Origin: Patescibacteria group bacterium
GTDB lineage: Bacteria; Patescibacteriota; Patescibacteriia; UM-FILTER-42-10
Length of the DNA: 64,000 nucleotides
Direction: 5' to 3'
Assembly (NCBI GenBank): GCA_018825385.1
Contig: JAHJEX010000006.1
Span: 186-64,185, forward strand
This document shows positions 10,571 through 20,075 of the stretch, piece after piece. The translations under genes were made by a program, and so were the position numbers. How positions within the stretch are numbered: position 1 is the first letter of the stretch; the number at the start of each line of letters is the position of its first letter. Below the pieces are notes generated by a model. That model was not told the origin of the DNA. It saw only the letters and a program-made list of their open reading frames with translations, and did no database searches.

Positions 10571-12826
10571 ATGCAAAAACACAAAAAGAAATTAGTCATT
10601 TTCAGTACGGGGGTTTTTCTCTTAGTGTTAGTTGTTGTAGCGATCTTTAACATAACAAAGGTATCTGCGGATCAACCGCCTTGGGATGAAACAAATGTTT
10701 CCGGCTGGAACTGGTCGGGAATTGCAACCGAAAATAGTGCGCCAGGCGTTCCTGAATTCACTCACATCGGCTGGTTTAGCAATAACTGTTACAACTATTT
10801 TTCTACAGGCATGGAAAGCCGTTGTGGTGCTGACTTTGGAGTTAGAGTTGATCCCGTCACAGGCAACATTTCAGGTTATAGCTGGAATGGGATATTAGAT
10901 GACTCTGGTGCTGTAACAGGTGTTGGCTGGCTGGACTTTGACCCTCAACCTTTTCCTGGGCCACCATACTACGAAGCAAGAATTGAACCAGTTGGTTCAA
11001 CTTATGAAGGTCAAGTTTCAGGCTGGGCACGCATCAAATCAATAAAAGAACAGGGAGAATACCTAGGGTACGAAGATTGGGGATGGATTCTGTTAGGACC
11101 GGAGCCAGGTCCAAACCGCCAGTTCGGAGTAAATATAAACTCTACGACTGTGTCAGGATACGCATGGGCAGGCGGATATCTGGCTGGCGACCAATTACTT
11201 CCCGACCCTTATGAGAATGTTACTACCGGCTTGGGCTGGATCTCATTTGATACTGGCGATGCAAGTTATATTCTACCTGGTGAATTAGGTGAATTATCAG
11301 GTCATGCCTGGATGGGAAATTCTGATTCACTTGACCCGTCTTTTGACGCCAATATCGGCTGGGTTTCACTAAATTGTGGATCTGGTGGAACTACTGGGGA
11401 AGATATTTGTAAAGACACAAGTTACAAAGTACTTGTCAATAATTCAACGGGGGAAATATCTGGGTATGCTTGGATCGGAGAATCATCAGATGGTAATCCG
11501 ATTGGCTGGATAAATTTTGATCCTAATCCATATCCGGCAGGTCCAAACTATTCAGCAAAAGTTTTTTTAGAACAACAAACTGCAATCGACGATCCGTATG
11601 GTACCTATCAAAAGGGTGATGTAGTCGGATGGGCCCGACTAGTTTCATTAAAAAAAGAAGGAGCAAAGGGACATTTTGAAAATTGGGGCTGGGTAAAAAT
11701 GCATACAAGCGGTACTGAAGTTGAATACGGAGTATCCATGGATACTGATTCAGGGATTTTTGATGGATATGCTTGGTCAGGCGGGGGTACTGTATGTGTG
11801 GGCGCAGTATGTTATGATAACAGTGTGGGTTTAGGATGGATTTCCTTTCAGGACTATAGTGGTGTAAGTCAATTGCCACCGACCTACGTTGCACCGTTCC
11901 TAGAAACGGTGCAAGGGGACATTTATTCTAAAGTTGGGGTTGGATCTGGGGAAATATTCAGTCTTCCTACAAGCCCTTTGACTTCAGAGCTTTTCTATAA
12001 TTCGACCTTTTTAATACAGTCTGGTGGTGATATTGAACGCTATTCCAGTGAAAATGTTTCTGCTGATGATATTGAAGATTATTGGCGGAATTACCCCGAA
12101 TCTTTTGAACCTCCACTGGCTACTAACAAATATACAAATGTAATGGGCAAATTGGATGTTGACGGAATTACTTTTTCTGAGCAAGTATCCGCCGGTATTT
12201 TTGAAAATAAGTTTGGGACTATTGTTGAGGAATATTCAGGGGACACTTCAATAGAGGATTTATGGTTAGATGGTCTTTCTAAACTGCAGGGCAAGGTATA
12301 TTATATTCATGAGGGCGACCTCACCATAAATATACCAATGATAATTGATAATGGTAATGATGTTACTAATGATATTGCCTCAGGCACATTTATTGTTGAC
12401 GGCGACATGTTTATTGAAAAAGACATCACCTATGATTCACTCATTGTTGGAGAAAGTTATGTTGAGTTGGAAGATATTCCATCAGTTGTATGGATAGTAA
12501 AAGGAAATGTATATGTGAGTCCAAATGTGGCGGAAGTAGTGGGAAGTTTCGTAGTAGTTGGTAAAGAAAAAGACGGTGCATTAGAAGCTGGAACTGGTGA
12601 ATTTTATTCAGGAGCTGGAGATGTGAATTTAATAGTAAATGGATTGGTAGTCGCACATGAACTGTTCTTGCAAAGATCGGGAATTGGCACAGTCGAAAAT
12701 ATACAGGCCTCAGAGAGTATCTTCTATGATGGTAGGATAATCATTAATACACCGCCCGGGGTTGGAGATTTTGCAAAAGCACTACCTGTTGTCAGGGAAG
12801 TGGCGCCAATAGAGATTAGTCCATAA
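10571..12826 (+). CDS. Large secreted protein with duplicated GYAW/GWIxF repeat domain and C-terminal beta-helix-like region
   Basis: N-terminal TM/signal, two ~190-aa copies of SGYAW..IGWxxF..DPxPxP..GWAR..WGW..GYAW..GLGWISF, then GDLTIN/DGDMFI/KGNVYV repeats. Confidence 0.75.
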   Translation: MQKHKKKLVIFSTGVFLLVLVVVAIFNITKVSADQPPWDETNVSGWNWSGIATENSAPGVPEFTHIGWFSNNCYNYFSTGMESRCGADFGVRVDPVTGNISGYSWNGILDDSGAVTGVGWLDFDPQPFPGPPYYEARIEPVGSTYEGQVSGWARIKSIKEQGEYLGYEDWGWILLGPEPGPNRQFGVNINSTTVSGYAWAGGYLAGDQLLPDPYENVTTGLGWISFDTGDASYILPGELGELSGHAWMGNSDSLDPSFDANIGWVSLNCGSGGTTGEDICKDTSYKVLVNNSTGEISGYAWIGESSDGNPIGWINFDPNPYPAGPNYSAKVFLEQQTAIDDPYGTYQKGDVVGWARLVSLKKEGAKGHFENWGWVKMHTSGTEVEYGVSMDTDSGIFDGYAWSGGGTVCVGAVCYDNSVGLGWISFQDYSGVSQLPPTYVAPFLETVQGDIYSKVGVGSGEIFSLPTSPLTSELFYNSTFLIQSGGDIERYSSENVSADDIEDYWRNYPESFEPPLATNKYTNVMGKLDVDGITFSEQVSAGIFENKFGTIVEEYSGDTSIEDLWLDGLSKLQGKVYYIHEGDLTINIPMIIDNGNDVTNDIASGTFIVDGDMFIEKDITYDSLIVGESYVELEDIPSVVWIVKGNVYVSPNVAEVVGSFVVVGKEKDGALEAGTGEFYSGAGDVNLIVNGLVVAHELFLQRSGIGTVENIQASESIFYDGRIIINTPPGVGDFAKALPVVREVAPIEISP

Positions 12827-12953
12827 ATTTAGCACCCAGTATTCGGGTTAATAAATTAAGGAACATTTGCAAACTAATAAGTTATTCCTTAGACATAAAA
12901 TCAATTAGATTCTCACTCTAAACCCTAAATAAATAAAAACGAATAATAAACCT

Positions 12954-14063
12954 ATGGCACTATTTAGCTCAAAAAAAAGTTATATCGGAATTGATTTGGG
13001 AACATCCAGTATTAAGGTTGTTGAGTTAGAAAGCGAAAAGGGGAAACCGAAACTGATAACCTACGGTTTTGCTGAACAGTCGACAGATATTGTGAAAAGT
13101 GATTCTCAAGAAGTTCAAAAGGAAGTTGTGGCAACTTTAAAAGCAATAATGTCAAAGGCAAAAGTTACAACACCCAAAGCGATAGCAGCCTTGCCTAGTT
13201 TTGCGGTGTTCAGTTCAATTATTAGTTTGCCGGCTATGTCTAAAAAGGACTTAGTAGCTGCAGTCCGCTGGGAAGCAAAAAAGTTTGTTCCAATGCCCTT
13301 AGAGGAAATGATTCTAGACTGGAAAGTATTAGATGGTGGTAAGAGTGAGGAGAAAGATGGCAAGAAAGACAAAAAAAAGGAGAAAAAGGAGAACGCTATT
13401 CAACCCACAGGCGGATCAAAGAATTTCAAAGTACTGTTAACAGCTGCTCCCAAAACATTGGTCAAAAGGTATGTTGATATATTTAAGCAAGCAAACCTCC
13501 AATTGGTGAGTTTAGAAACTGAATCATTTGCCTTGGAGCGTTCGTTAATTGGGAATGATCGTTCAGCAACTATGATTGTAGATATTGGTGCTATTGCCTG
13601 CGATATTAGTGTTATTGTAGATGGCGTACCAATTCTGAATCGCAGTGTTGATATTGGGGGCAATACAATAACAAAGGCAATCGCAAATAGTCTTAATGTA
13701 AATCTAGAACGCGCAGAACAATTTAAGAGGGACTTTGGTATTTCTGGAGCTGGTGATTCATCGCAGGGACAAATTCCACGGACAATTGAATTTATTGTTA
13801 GTTCAATAGTCAATGAGATAAAATTTGTTCTCAACTTGTATCAGAATCAAGGAGAAAAACCTATTGAAAAAGTTGTACTAGCCGGTGGCTCTTCCTTTCT
13901 TCCTAATCTTACTAAATATTTAGAAAAAGTACTTAATATCAAAGTGTTTATCGGGGATCCCTGGGCACGCGTTGTGTATCCAATTGATTTGAAGCCAGTA
14001 TTGCAAGAACTAGGTCCTCGGTTTGCTGTTTCAATAGGGTTAGCAATGAGAGAAATAATTTAA
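12954..14063 (+). CDS. pilM: Type IV pilus assembly protein PilM
   Basis: Actin-like IGIDLGTSSIKVVEL, VDIGA and LAGGSS motifs, ending AVSIGLAMR. Confidence 0.93.
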   Translation: MALFSSKKSYIGIDLGTSSIKVVELESEKGKPKLITYGFAEQSTDIVKSDSQEVQKEVVATLKAIMSKAKVTTPKAIAALPSFAVFSSIISLPAMSKKDLVAAVRWEAKKFVPMPLEEMILDWKVLDGGKSEEKDGKKDKKKEKKENAIQPTGGSKNFKVLLTAAPKTLVKRYVDIFKQANLQLVSLETESFALERSLIGNDRSATMIVDIGAIACDISVIVDGVPILNRSVDIGGNTITKAIANSLNVNLERAEQFKRDFGISGAGDSSQGQIPRTIEFIVSSIVNEIKFVLNLYQNQGEKPIEKVVLAGGSSFLPNLTKYLEKVLNIKVFIGDPWARVVYPIDLKPVLQELGPRFAVSIGLAMREII

Positions 14064-14072
14064 AATCATCTA

Positions 14073-15248
14073 ATGGATATAAATCTTCTAAAAGATAAAG
14101 AGGCGATAGGAGAAAAGTCAAGAAAAAAGACCGGAGGTGTTGGTATTGAGTTGACCCGACCGAATAAAGAAAAAGATGAAACAAAAAAACGCGTGAAAAA
14201 AGGTGGAATGTCCGAATTCTTTGCCAAGCTTTTTAAGAGAAAGAAAAAAGAGAGAATTCTATCACAGAAGGTCGTGAAAAAAGAAGAAAAAGTAAAGAAG
14301 ATAAGCCACGAAAAGATAAAAGAATCAAAAAAAATCCAGTCAGCTGGTGTATTGCAAGTTGAAATTGACAAAAAAACAAGTGCTGCAGAGAAATTAGTTA
14401 CTGATGAACCAAGTCCAACTAATGTGGAAAAGCGAGAGTTAAAAAGCATAGACAGAGATATCAGCGAAATGGAATCCAAACCTGAAATCCTAGAAAAAGA
14501 GGAAGATAAAAAACCCAGAAAAAAGTTCTTTACCTGGTCCTCTCCGGAAGATGATTCAAAAAACAAAAAAAATATTGTCGCTAATAAAAAGGAAGATACG
14601 AAAAATGGCATTGATAAAAAACTGACGAAAGTAATACCATTAGAAGAGAAAATACAATCACTGGATGTGAACCTTATTCCTGATGATGTTTTAGTTAAGC
14701 TTGAACCAAAATCAAAGCTTAGACAATTAGGGCTGGCGGTGATTATTATCGCTGTCCTAGTTGGTCTGATATATGGATATATGATGTATAGAGAATCAAA
14801 GATAGAAGGTGATATACAAGTAGTGGTGGTCGAAATCGAAAGCGTTGAACAGGAACTAAACAATCTAGGATATATCAGGGAAAGCGCATTGGTGTTAAAA
14901 AAGCAGATTGATTCTGTATCACAGTTGTTGAATGTTCACATTTACTGGTCGCAGTTTTTAGAATATCTTGAAAAATATACCTTGCCGGATGTTTATTACA
15001 AGAACTTAGCGGCAACAAAAGCAGGAATAGTAACATTATCAGCCTCAGCAGTAGATTTAGCGACTCTCGCTGATCAATACTTAATATTTCAAAATGCGTC
15101 TGATTTTGTAGAAAGTGTAACAATTGAAAGCGCGGTATCAGCACAGAATACTGAAGACAATGAAATAGGCTCAGGTGCAGTGGATTTCAATATCTCGTTA
15201 ACTATAAATCCTGACACTTTTTTCCTTAAAGATGATTTGCCGTTATGA
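14073..15248 (+). CDS. PilN-like protein with long charged N-terminal extension
   Basis: DINLL and DVNLIP PilM-binding-like motifs, TM, coiled coil, WSQFLEYLEKYTLPDV; follows pilM. Confidence 0.75.
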   Translation: MDINLLKDKEAIGEKSRKKTGGVGIELTRPNKEKDETKKRVKKGGMSEFFAKLFKRKKKERILSQKVVKKEEKVKKISHEKIKESKKIQSAGVLQVEIDKKTSAAEKLVTDEPSPTNVEKRELKSIDRDISEMESKPEILEKEEDKKPRKKFFTWSSPEDDSKNKKNIVANKKEDTKNGIDKKLTKVIPLEEKIQSLDVNLIPDDVLVKLEPKSKLRQLGLAVIIIAVLVGLIYGYMMYRESKIEGDIQVVVVEIESVEQELNNLGYIRESALVLKKQIDSVSQLLNVHIYWSQFLEYLEKYTLPDVYYKNLAATKAGIVTLSASAVDLATLADQYLIFQNASDFVESVTIESAVSAQNTEDNEIGSGAVDFNISLTINPDTFFLKDDLPL

Positions 15249-15871
15249 GTTATTCATTTAAAAATAAAGTTTTTTCATTCATTGTAAAATACTTCAGATT
15301 TATTCTAGGGGCAGTTGTTATATTTCTTCTGGTTCTAAGTACTTACCTCATAATTTTGCCTAAATACAAGCAGATAGCTGATGAAGGATATCTAGACTAC
15401 GAACAGAAACAACAAACTCTCGAAGCGAAGAAAAATGAATTAAGAGAATTGCAGAAACTGCAGGAAGAACTTTCACAAATAACCACGGTTGAGATGGAGC
15501 GTTTAGAGAGGATATTACCTTCCTCTAAAGATATTCCGGATATCTTTTTACAAATGGAAAGTCTGGCGAGAGAAAGTGGACTGACAGTGAGTAGGGTAAG
15601 TATTGCAGAAACAAGTGGACGATCGAGTAATTCCAATTCTTCTGCTGCAAAAAATAGTGAAACAAATGTGAATCAGGCCGGTGGCATTCAGACGATTACC
15701 ATTTCACTGTCCGTAGAAGGAAATACTACTTATGATTCATTAAAAATACTGTTAGATAACATTGAAGACAATATGCGTATTGTTGATCTTGATTCACTTT
15801 CATATTCGCCACCAGAAACAGAAGGGGACAGCTCATTTTCAGTGAATCTTGCTACTTATTATCTGGAATAA
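15245..15871 (+). CDS. pilO: Type IV pilus assembly protein PilO
   Basis: TM, coiled coil, LPSSKDIPDIF...LARESGL, YDSLKILLDNIE..MRIV; operon position. Confidence 0.82.
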   Translation: MSYSFKNKVFSFIVKYFRFILGAVVIFLLVLSTYLIILPKYKQIADEGYLDYEQKQQTLEAKKNELRELQKLQEELSQITTVEMERLERILPSSKDIPDIFLQMESLARESGLTVSRVSIAETSGRSSNSNSSAAKNSETNVNQAGGIQTITISLSVEGNTTYDSLKILLDNIEDNMRIVDLDSLSYSPPETEGDSSFSVNLATYYLE

Positions 15872-15883
15872 TAATATTTATAT

Positions 15884-16753
15884 ATGCTAGTCCAAAAAAA
15901 ATCACAGAAAAGAAATATAATCCTTGGGGCAATCTTTGCTGTTTTGATTGTTGTAATGATATTTGTTTTAAATATGGGTCCCAGTGGTTCTGACGATGAC
16001 TTATTGAATGGCGTGTTGAATAATGAGAGTGTAGTAATATTACCGGCTGTTGTAGATATTGACAGTGCTTTTTTTGGAAAAAAGGATGTGGTTGGATTGC
16101 GTGATAGAAGTGGGCAACGCTATGTTGGACAATTTGCAAGTACTCCCACAGATTCCCAAATCACTCCAGCACCGGAAGGGGCATATATACTAAATATACA
16201 AGTCGGTGAAAAACTGATACTTTATTGGGATTTTAGTTCTAGATATGTTGCAGTTAAAATATATAGATCAGAAACGCAAGAGAAAAAAGGGGAATTGATT
16301 GCGGAAGTGTCCAATAGAAACTACTACCAGGATACTGGCATTGAAAATGGAGTTTACTACTATTACACGCTTATTGCAGTAGGGGCTAATGGTCAGGAAT
16401 CTGATGATTCTGTTAAAATGACCGGCAGTCCAACTGATATTTTTGCTCCACAAAGCCCAGTGGGATTAGCAGTTGCAGATTCAACGGATGGAAATCAAGT
16501 ACAAATTTCTTGGGTTGATCCTAAGGATAATGATTTTGCGTATGTTCGTATCTATCGCTCACAGATTGAAGGTAGTCTGGGAACTTTAATACTAGATAAA
16601 GCGGTTGAAAACAATACCTACGTGGACAAAAATGTTCTTGAAGATGTTGAATATTTTTATACTATTACATCGGTGGATACCTCAGGAAATGAATCTGAAA
16701 AATCGTTGTTACCTGTTGGTGGGAATAACAATCCGTTTCAACCATTATTTTAA
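15884..16753 (+). CDS. Membrane-anchored protein with two fibronectin type III domains
   Basis: N-terminal TM, then LYW..IYRS..YQD..YYYTLIAV..GQES and ISW..IYRS..YVD..YFYTITSVD.SGNES. Confidence 0.8.
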   Translation: MLVQKKSQKRNIILGAIFAVLIVVMIFVLNMGPSGSDDDLLNGVLNNESVVILPAVVDIDSAFFGKKDVVGLRDRSGQRYVGQFASTPTDSQITPAPEGAYILNIQVGEKLILYWDFSSRYVAVKIYRSETQEKKGELIAEVSNRNYYQDTGIENGVYYYYTLIAVGANGQESDDSVKMTGSPTDIFAPQSPVGLAVADSTDGNQVQISWVDPKDNDFAYVRIYRSQIEGSLGTLILDKAVENNTYVDKNVLEDVEYFYTITSVDTSGNESEKSLLPVGGNNNPFQPLF

Positions 16754-16770
16754 TTAGCAATAGATCATCA

Positions 16771-18537
16771 ATGGCAATCCCAAAACCAAACACAAATCAA
16801 AGCGAAGCAGTTGATCCTCTAGTAGAGGCCTTACTTGAAGGTAAATATATCAGCCAGACACAATACGCAGATGCACAAGAAAAGAGCAAAGCCTTGGCCG
16901 TATCTGTTCTTCAGGTTATCTCTGAGGAAAATATGGTTCCAGATGAAGAATTTGCTAAAGTAAAAAGCAAAGTATATGGAGTTCCTTTCATGGACCTATT
17001 TGGCAAGATGATTCGTTCAGATATTTTAAACATAATCTCACACGAACTCGCTCAAAACTACAAAATGGTTGCTTTCAATAAGGAAGCCAATGAGGTAAGT
17101 ATTGCTATGCTTCAGCCAAACGATTTTCATGCACTGGAAGCAGTAGAATTTTTAGCTAGGAAGAATCAATACAAAATAAAATATTATGTTACCTCGCAAG
17201 GAGCTTTTAACCATGTTCTTAAGCAATATGCAACGCTATCAGAAGAAGTGGAGCAAGCATTAAAAGGAACAGAAGCGGAAGCAAAAGCTGCTGAAGAAGG
17301 TATAGAATTAGCTGAAAAAGGACTGGAAGAGGTCATTAAAAAAGCACCAGTATCCAAAATGGTTTCAGTTATATTAAGGCATGCAGTTGAAGGAAGAGCA
17401 TCAGATGTCCATATCGAGCCGGTAGGAAATGAAACACGCGTACGTTATCGTATTGATGGTGTATTACATACGTCTTTGATTCTGCCAAAACATGTGCATC
17501 CATCTGTAGTGGCTCGTATTAAAGTGCTTTCTAATTTGAAAATTGATGAAACGAGAATACCTCAGGACGGTCGTTTTCGAATGAGCATTGATGGAAAGGA
17601 TATAGACTATCGTGTTTCAACGTTGCCACTTATTAATTATGAAAAAGTGGTAATGCGTATTCTAGACACAACTGAGGGAGGTAAGAAACTAGAAGATTTG
17701 GGTTTTGACGGTAGGAATGCAGAAGTGATGAGAGAAAATATCAAAAAAAGCCATGGAATGTTCTTGGTAACCGGTCCAACAGGTTCTGGTAAGTCAACAA
17801 CACTCTATTCTATTTTAACCGTTATGAATCAGGAAGGAGTGAATATAGTTACCTTGGAAGATCCGGTAGAATATTATTTAGCTGGAATTAATCAATCCCA
17901 AATCAATGCTGACGTTGGATTAACATTTGCTCGTGGTTTGAGGGCAATCTTGCGTCAGGATCCAGACGTAATCATGGTTGGAGAAATACGTGATAATGAA
18001 ACAGCAGAACTTGCAGTACACGCAAGTTTGACAGGCCACATAGTGCTTTCTACCCTACATACTAACGACGCGTTTGGTGCTATACCCAGATTAATTGACA
18101 TGAAGATTGAGCCCTTTCTAGTATCTTCATCTACAAATGTTATTATTGCCCAGAGACTTGTTCGGAGTATTTGTACTTATTGTAAGGCGGAAACGACAGT
18201 GCCAGAAGAATTAGAAAATGAAATATGGGTTGAATTAGAAAAGATTCCAAAGGCAGCGATTCCCGAAGACGTAAATGCCACCCGTCCTCTAAAGTTCTAC
18301 AAAGGAAAAGGATGTGCTCGTTGTGAGCATACTGGTTATAAGGGAAGACTGGCAATCTCAGAAGTATTAGAAATCAATGATGTGTTAGAAAAAATAATTA
18401 TGTCTGGAAGCAACACTGATGAAATAAAAGAAGAATTCAAAAAGCAAGGAATGATTTCACTTAAAGAAGATGGCATAATTAAAGCACTTCAGGGCAAAAC
18501 TACTATTCAGGAAGTCTGGAATGTTACAAGAGAATAA
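16771..18537 (+). CDS. pilB: Type IV pilus extension ATPase (PilB/GspE)
   Basis: ASDVHIEP, GPTGSGKST, TLEDPVE, LRQDPDVIMVGEIRD, STLHTND and a tetra-Cys Zn site. Confidence 0.95.
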   Translation: MAIPKPNTNQSEAVDPLVEALLEGKYISQTQYADAQEKSKALAVSVLQVISEENMVPDEEFAKVKSKVYGVPFMDLFGKMIRSDILNIISHELAQNYKMVAFNKEANEVSIAMLQPNDFHALEAVEFLARKNQYKIKYYVTSQGAFNHVLKQYATLSEEVEQALKGTEAEAKAAEEGIELAEKGLEEVIKKAPVSKMVSVILRHAVEGRASDVHIEPVGNETRVRYRIDGVLHTSLILPKHVHPSVVARIKVLSNLKIDETRIPQDGRFRMSIDGKDIDYRVSTLPLINYEKVVMRILDTTEGGKKLEDLGFDGRNAEVMRENIKKSHGMFLVTGPTGSGKSTTLYSILTVMNQEGVNIVTLEDPVEYYLAGINQSQINADVGLTFARGLRAILRQDPDVIMVGEIRDNETAELAVHASLTGHIVLSTLHTNDAFGAIPRLIDMKIEPFLVSSSTNVIIAQRLVRSICTYCKAETTVPEELENEIWVELEKIPKAAIPEDVNATRPLKFYKGKGCARCEHTGYKGRLAISEVLEINDVLEKIIMSGSNTDEIKEEFKKQGMISLKEDGIIKALQGKTTIQEVWNVTRE

Positions 18538-18569
18538 ATAATAAAACAATAGAATTAAAAGAAACAACT

Positions 18570-18965
18570 ATGCAAACAACTGGAGCTGAATTAAATAAAA
18601 AGAAGATAGTTCTTGTGGAGGATGATTCTTTTTTGGCAGGGATGTATGTGTCAAAGTTGAATTTAGAGGACTTTGAAGTAAAATTAGCGGAGAACGGAGA
18701 AGATGGTTTGAAACTGGCTACAGCAGAAATACCTGATTTGATTTTGCTGGATATTCTTTTGCCCAGAATGGATGGATTTGAGGTTTTAAAGAAGCTAAAG
18801 CAAAATCCATCAACTGCAGATATTCCAGTTATTTTGCTCACGAATTTAGGTCAAAAAAAGGATGTTGATCGAGGCTTGGCCTTGGGCGCGAAGGACTATC
18901 TTATTAAGGCGCACTTTATGCCTAATGAGGTTATTGCTAAAATAAAGAAAATTCTTAAAACCTAA
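18570..18965 (+). CDS. Single-domain response regulator (receiver only)
   Basis: VEDD, DLILLDILLPRMDG, LTN, YLIK; no output domain. Confidence 0.9.
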   Translation: MQTTGAELNKKKIVLVEDDSFLAGMYVSKLNLEDFEVKLAENGEDGLKLATAEIPDLILLDILLPRMDGFEVLKKLKQNPSTADIPVILLTNLGQKKDVDRGLALGAKDYLIKAHFMPNEVIAKIKKILKT

Positions 18966-18969
18966 ATTA

Positions 18970-20064
18970 TTGCAACAACCAGAATCGACTCTCAGGACGA
19001 ATGAGCAGATAGAGATAAATCGAATATTAACATCAGTGGCAGAGTATAATGCTTCTGATCTTCATCTTTCTGTTGGTAATGTTCCTACTGTCAGAATTGA
19101 CGGAGAACTAACTCCATTACGTGAAGAAAAGGTAATTACTCCAGATTTTTTGGAAAAACTAAAGCTTTTTCTTTTAGATGAAAAGCAAAGAGAAATACTT
19201 GAAACTGAAAGAGAGATAATCTTTTCATATAATTTTCAAAATCGTATTAGATTCAAAATTAATCTCTTTTATCAAGAAGGATATTTATCTGCTTCACTTC
19301 GACTTATAGCTTCAGATACCAAAACATTAGTTGAGCTTGGTCTTCCAAAAGCAGTTGAGCAGGTTACAAAACTTAACAAAGGTTTGGTAATAGTTTGCGG
19401 ACCGTTTGGTTCAGGACGCAGTTCTACTCTTGCTGCAATTTTGAACGAAATTAACGATAATAGGAATGAACATATTCTAACCATAGAGAAACCGATTGAA
19501 TATGTGTTTATGGACAACAAGAGTATAGTTGAACAAAGAGAAGTAGGAAGAGATACGCGTTCATTTGAAAGAGCTTTAAAGTCAGCTTTCCAGGAAGATA
19601 TAGATGTCATTCTAGTGGGGGATTTAAAGAACAAGGAAGTGATTAAAAGTGTCTTGGATCTTTCTGAGGGGGGGCGATTAGTATTTGGCGGGATGGATAC
19701 AGACTCTTCAATTAAAACTATTGAAAAACTAATAAACAGTTTTGATGCACAAGAACAACAACAAACAAGAGTTCAGCTTTCGGAGGTATTAGCAGGAATA
19801 ATTGTGCAAAGATTGTTGCCAAGAGTGGGTGGGGGCAGAATACTAGTGGCAGAAATACTTATTCCAACCCCTCCAGTGCGAGCTGTAATACGAGAAGGTA
19901 ATCTTCTTCAGCTAAACAATGTACTCCAGACTTCAAGAGAAGAAGGAATGATATCCCTAGACAGATCGCTGGCAGAATTGGTTAAGACTGGTGAAATATT
20001 ATTAGATAGTGCACTACAATATGCAGTTGATAAAAATAATTTACAAATGTTAGCACAACGCTAA
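18970..20064 (+). CDS. PilT/PilU-family protein with degenerate ATPase motifs
   Basis: PilT-like ASDLHL, RFKINLF, EQREVGRDT and GMISLD, but Walker A GPFGSGRSST, Asp box TIEKPIE, Walker B ILVGDL and His box replaced by GGMDT. TTG start uncertain. Confidence 0.85.
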   Translation: MQQPESTLRTNEQIEINRILTSVAEYNASDLHLSVGNVPTVRIDGELTPLREEKVITPDFLEKLKLFLLDEKQREILETEREIIFSYNFQNRIRFKINLFYQEGYLSASLRLIASDTKTLVELGLPKAVEQVTKLNKGLVIVCGPFGSGRSSTLAAILNEINDNRNEHILTIEKPIEYVFMDNKSIVEQREVGRDTRSFERALKSAFQEDIDVILVGDLKNKEVIKSVLDLSEGGRLVFGGMDTDSSIKTIEKLINSFDAQEQQQTRVQLSEVLAGIIVQRLLPRVGGGRILVAEILIPTPPVRAVIREGNLLQLNNVLQTSREEGMISLDRSLAELVKTGEILLDSALQYAVDKNNLQMLAQR

Positions 20065-20075
20065 ATAAATTTATT

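Noticed and set aside
14066-14863. 265-aa minus-strand ORF (likewise 59645..60376 and 38862..39410)
   Set aside because: Phe/Ser-rich antisense shadows of Lys/Glu-rich real genes.
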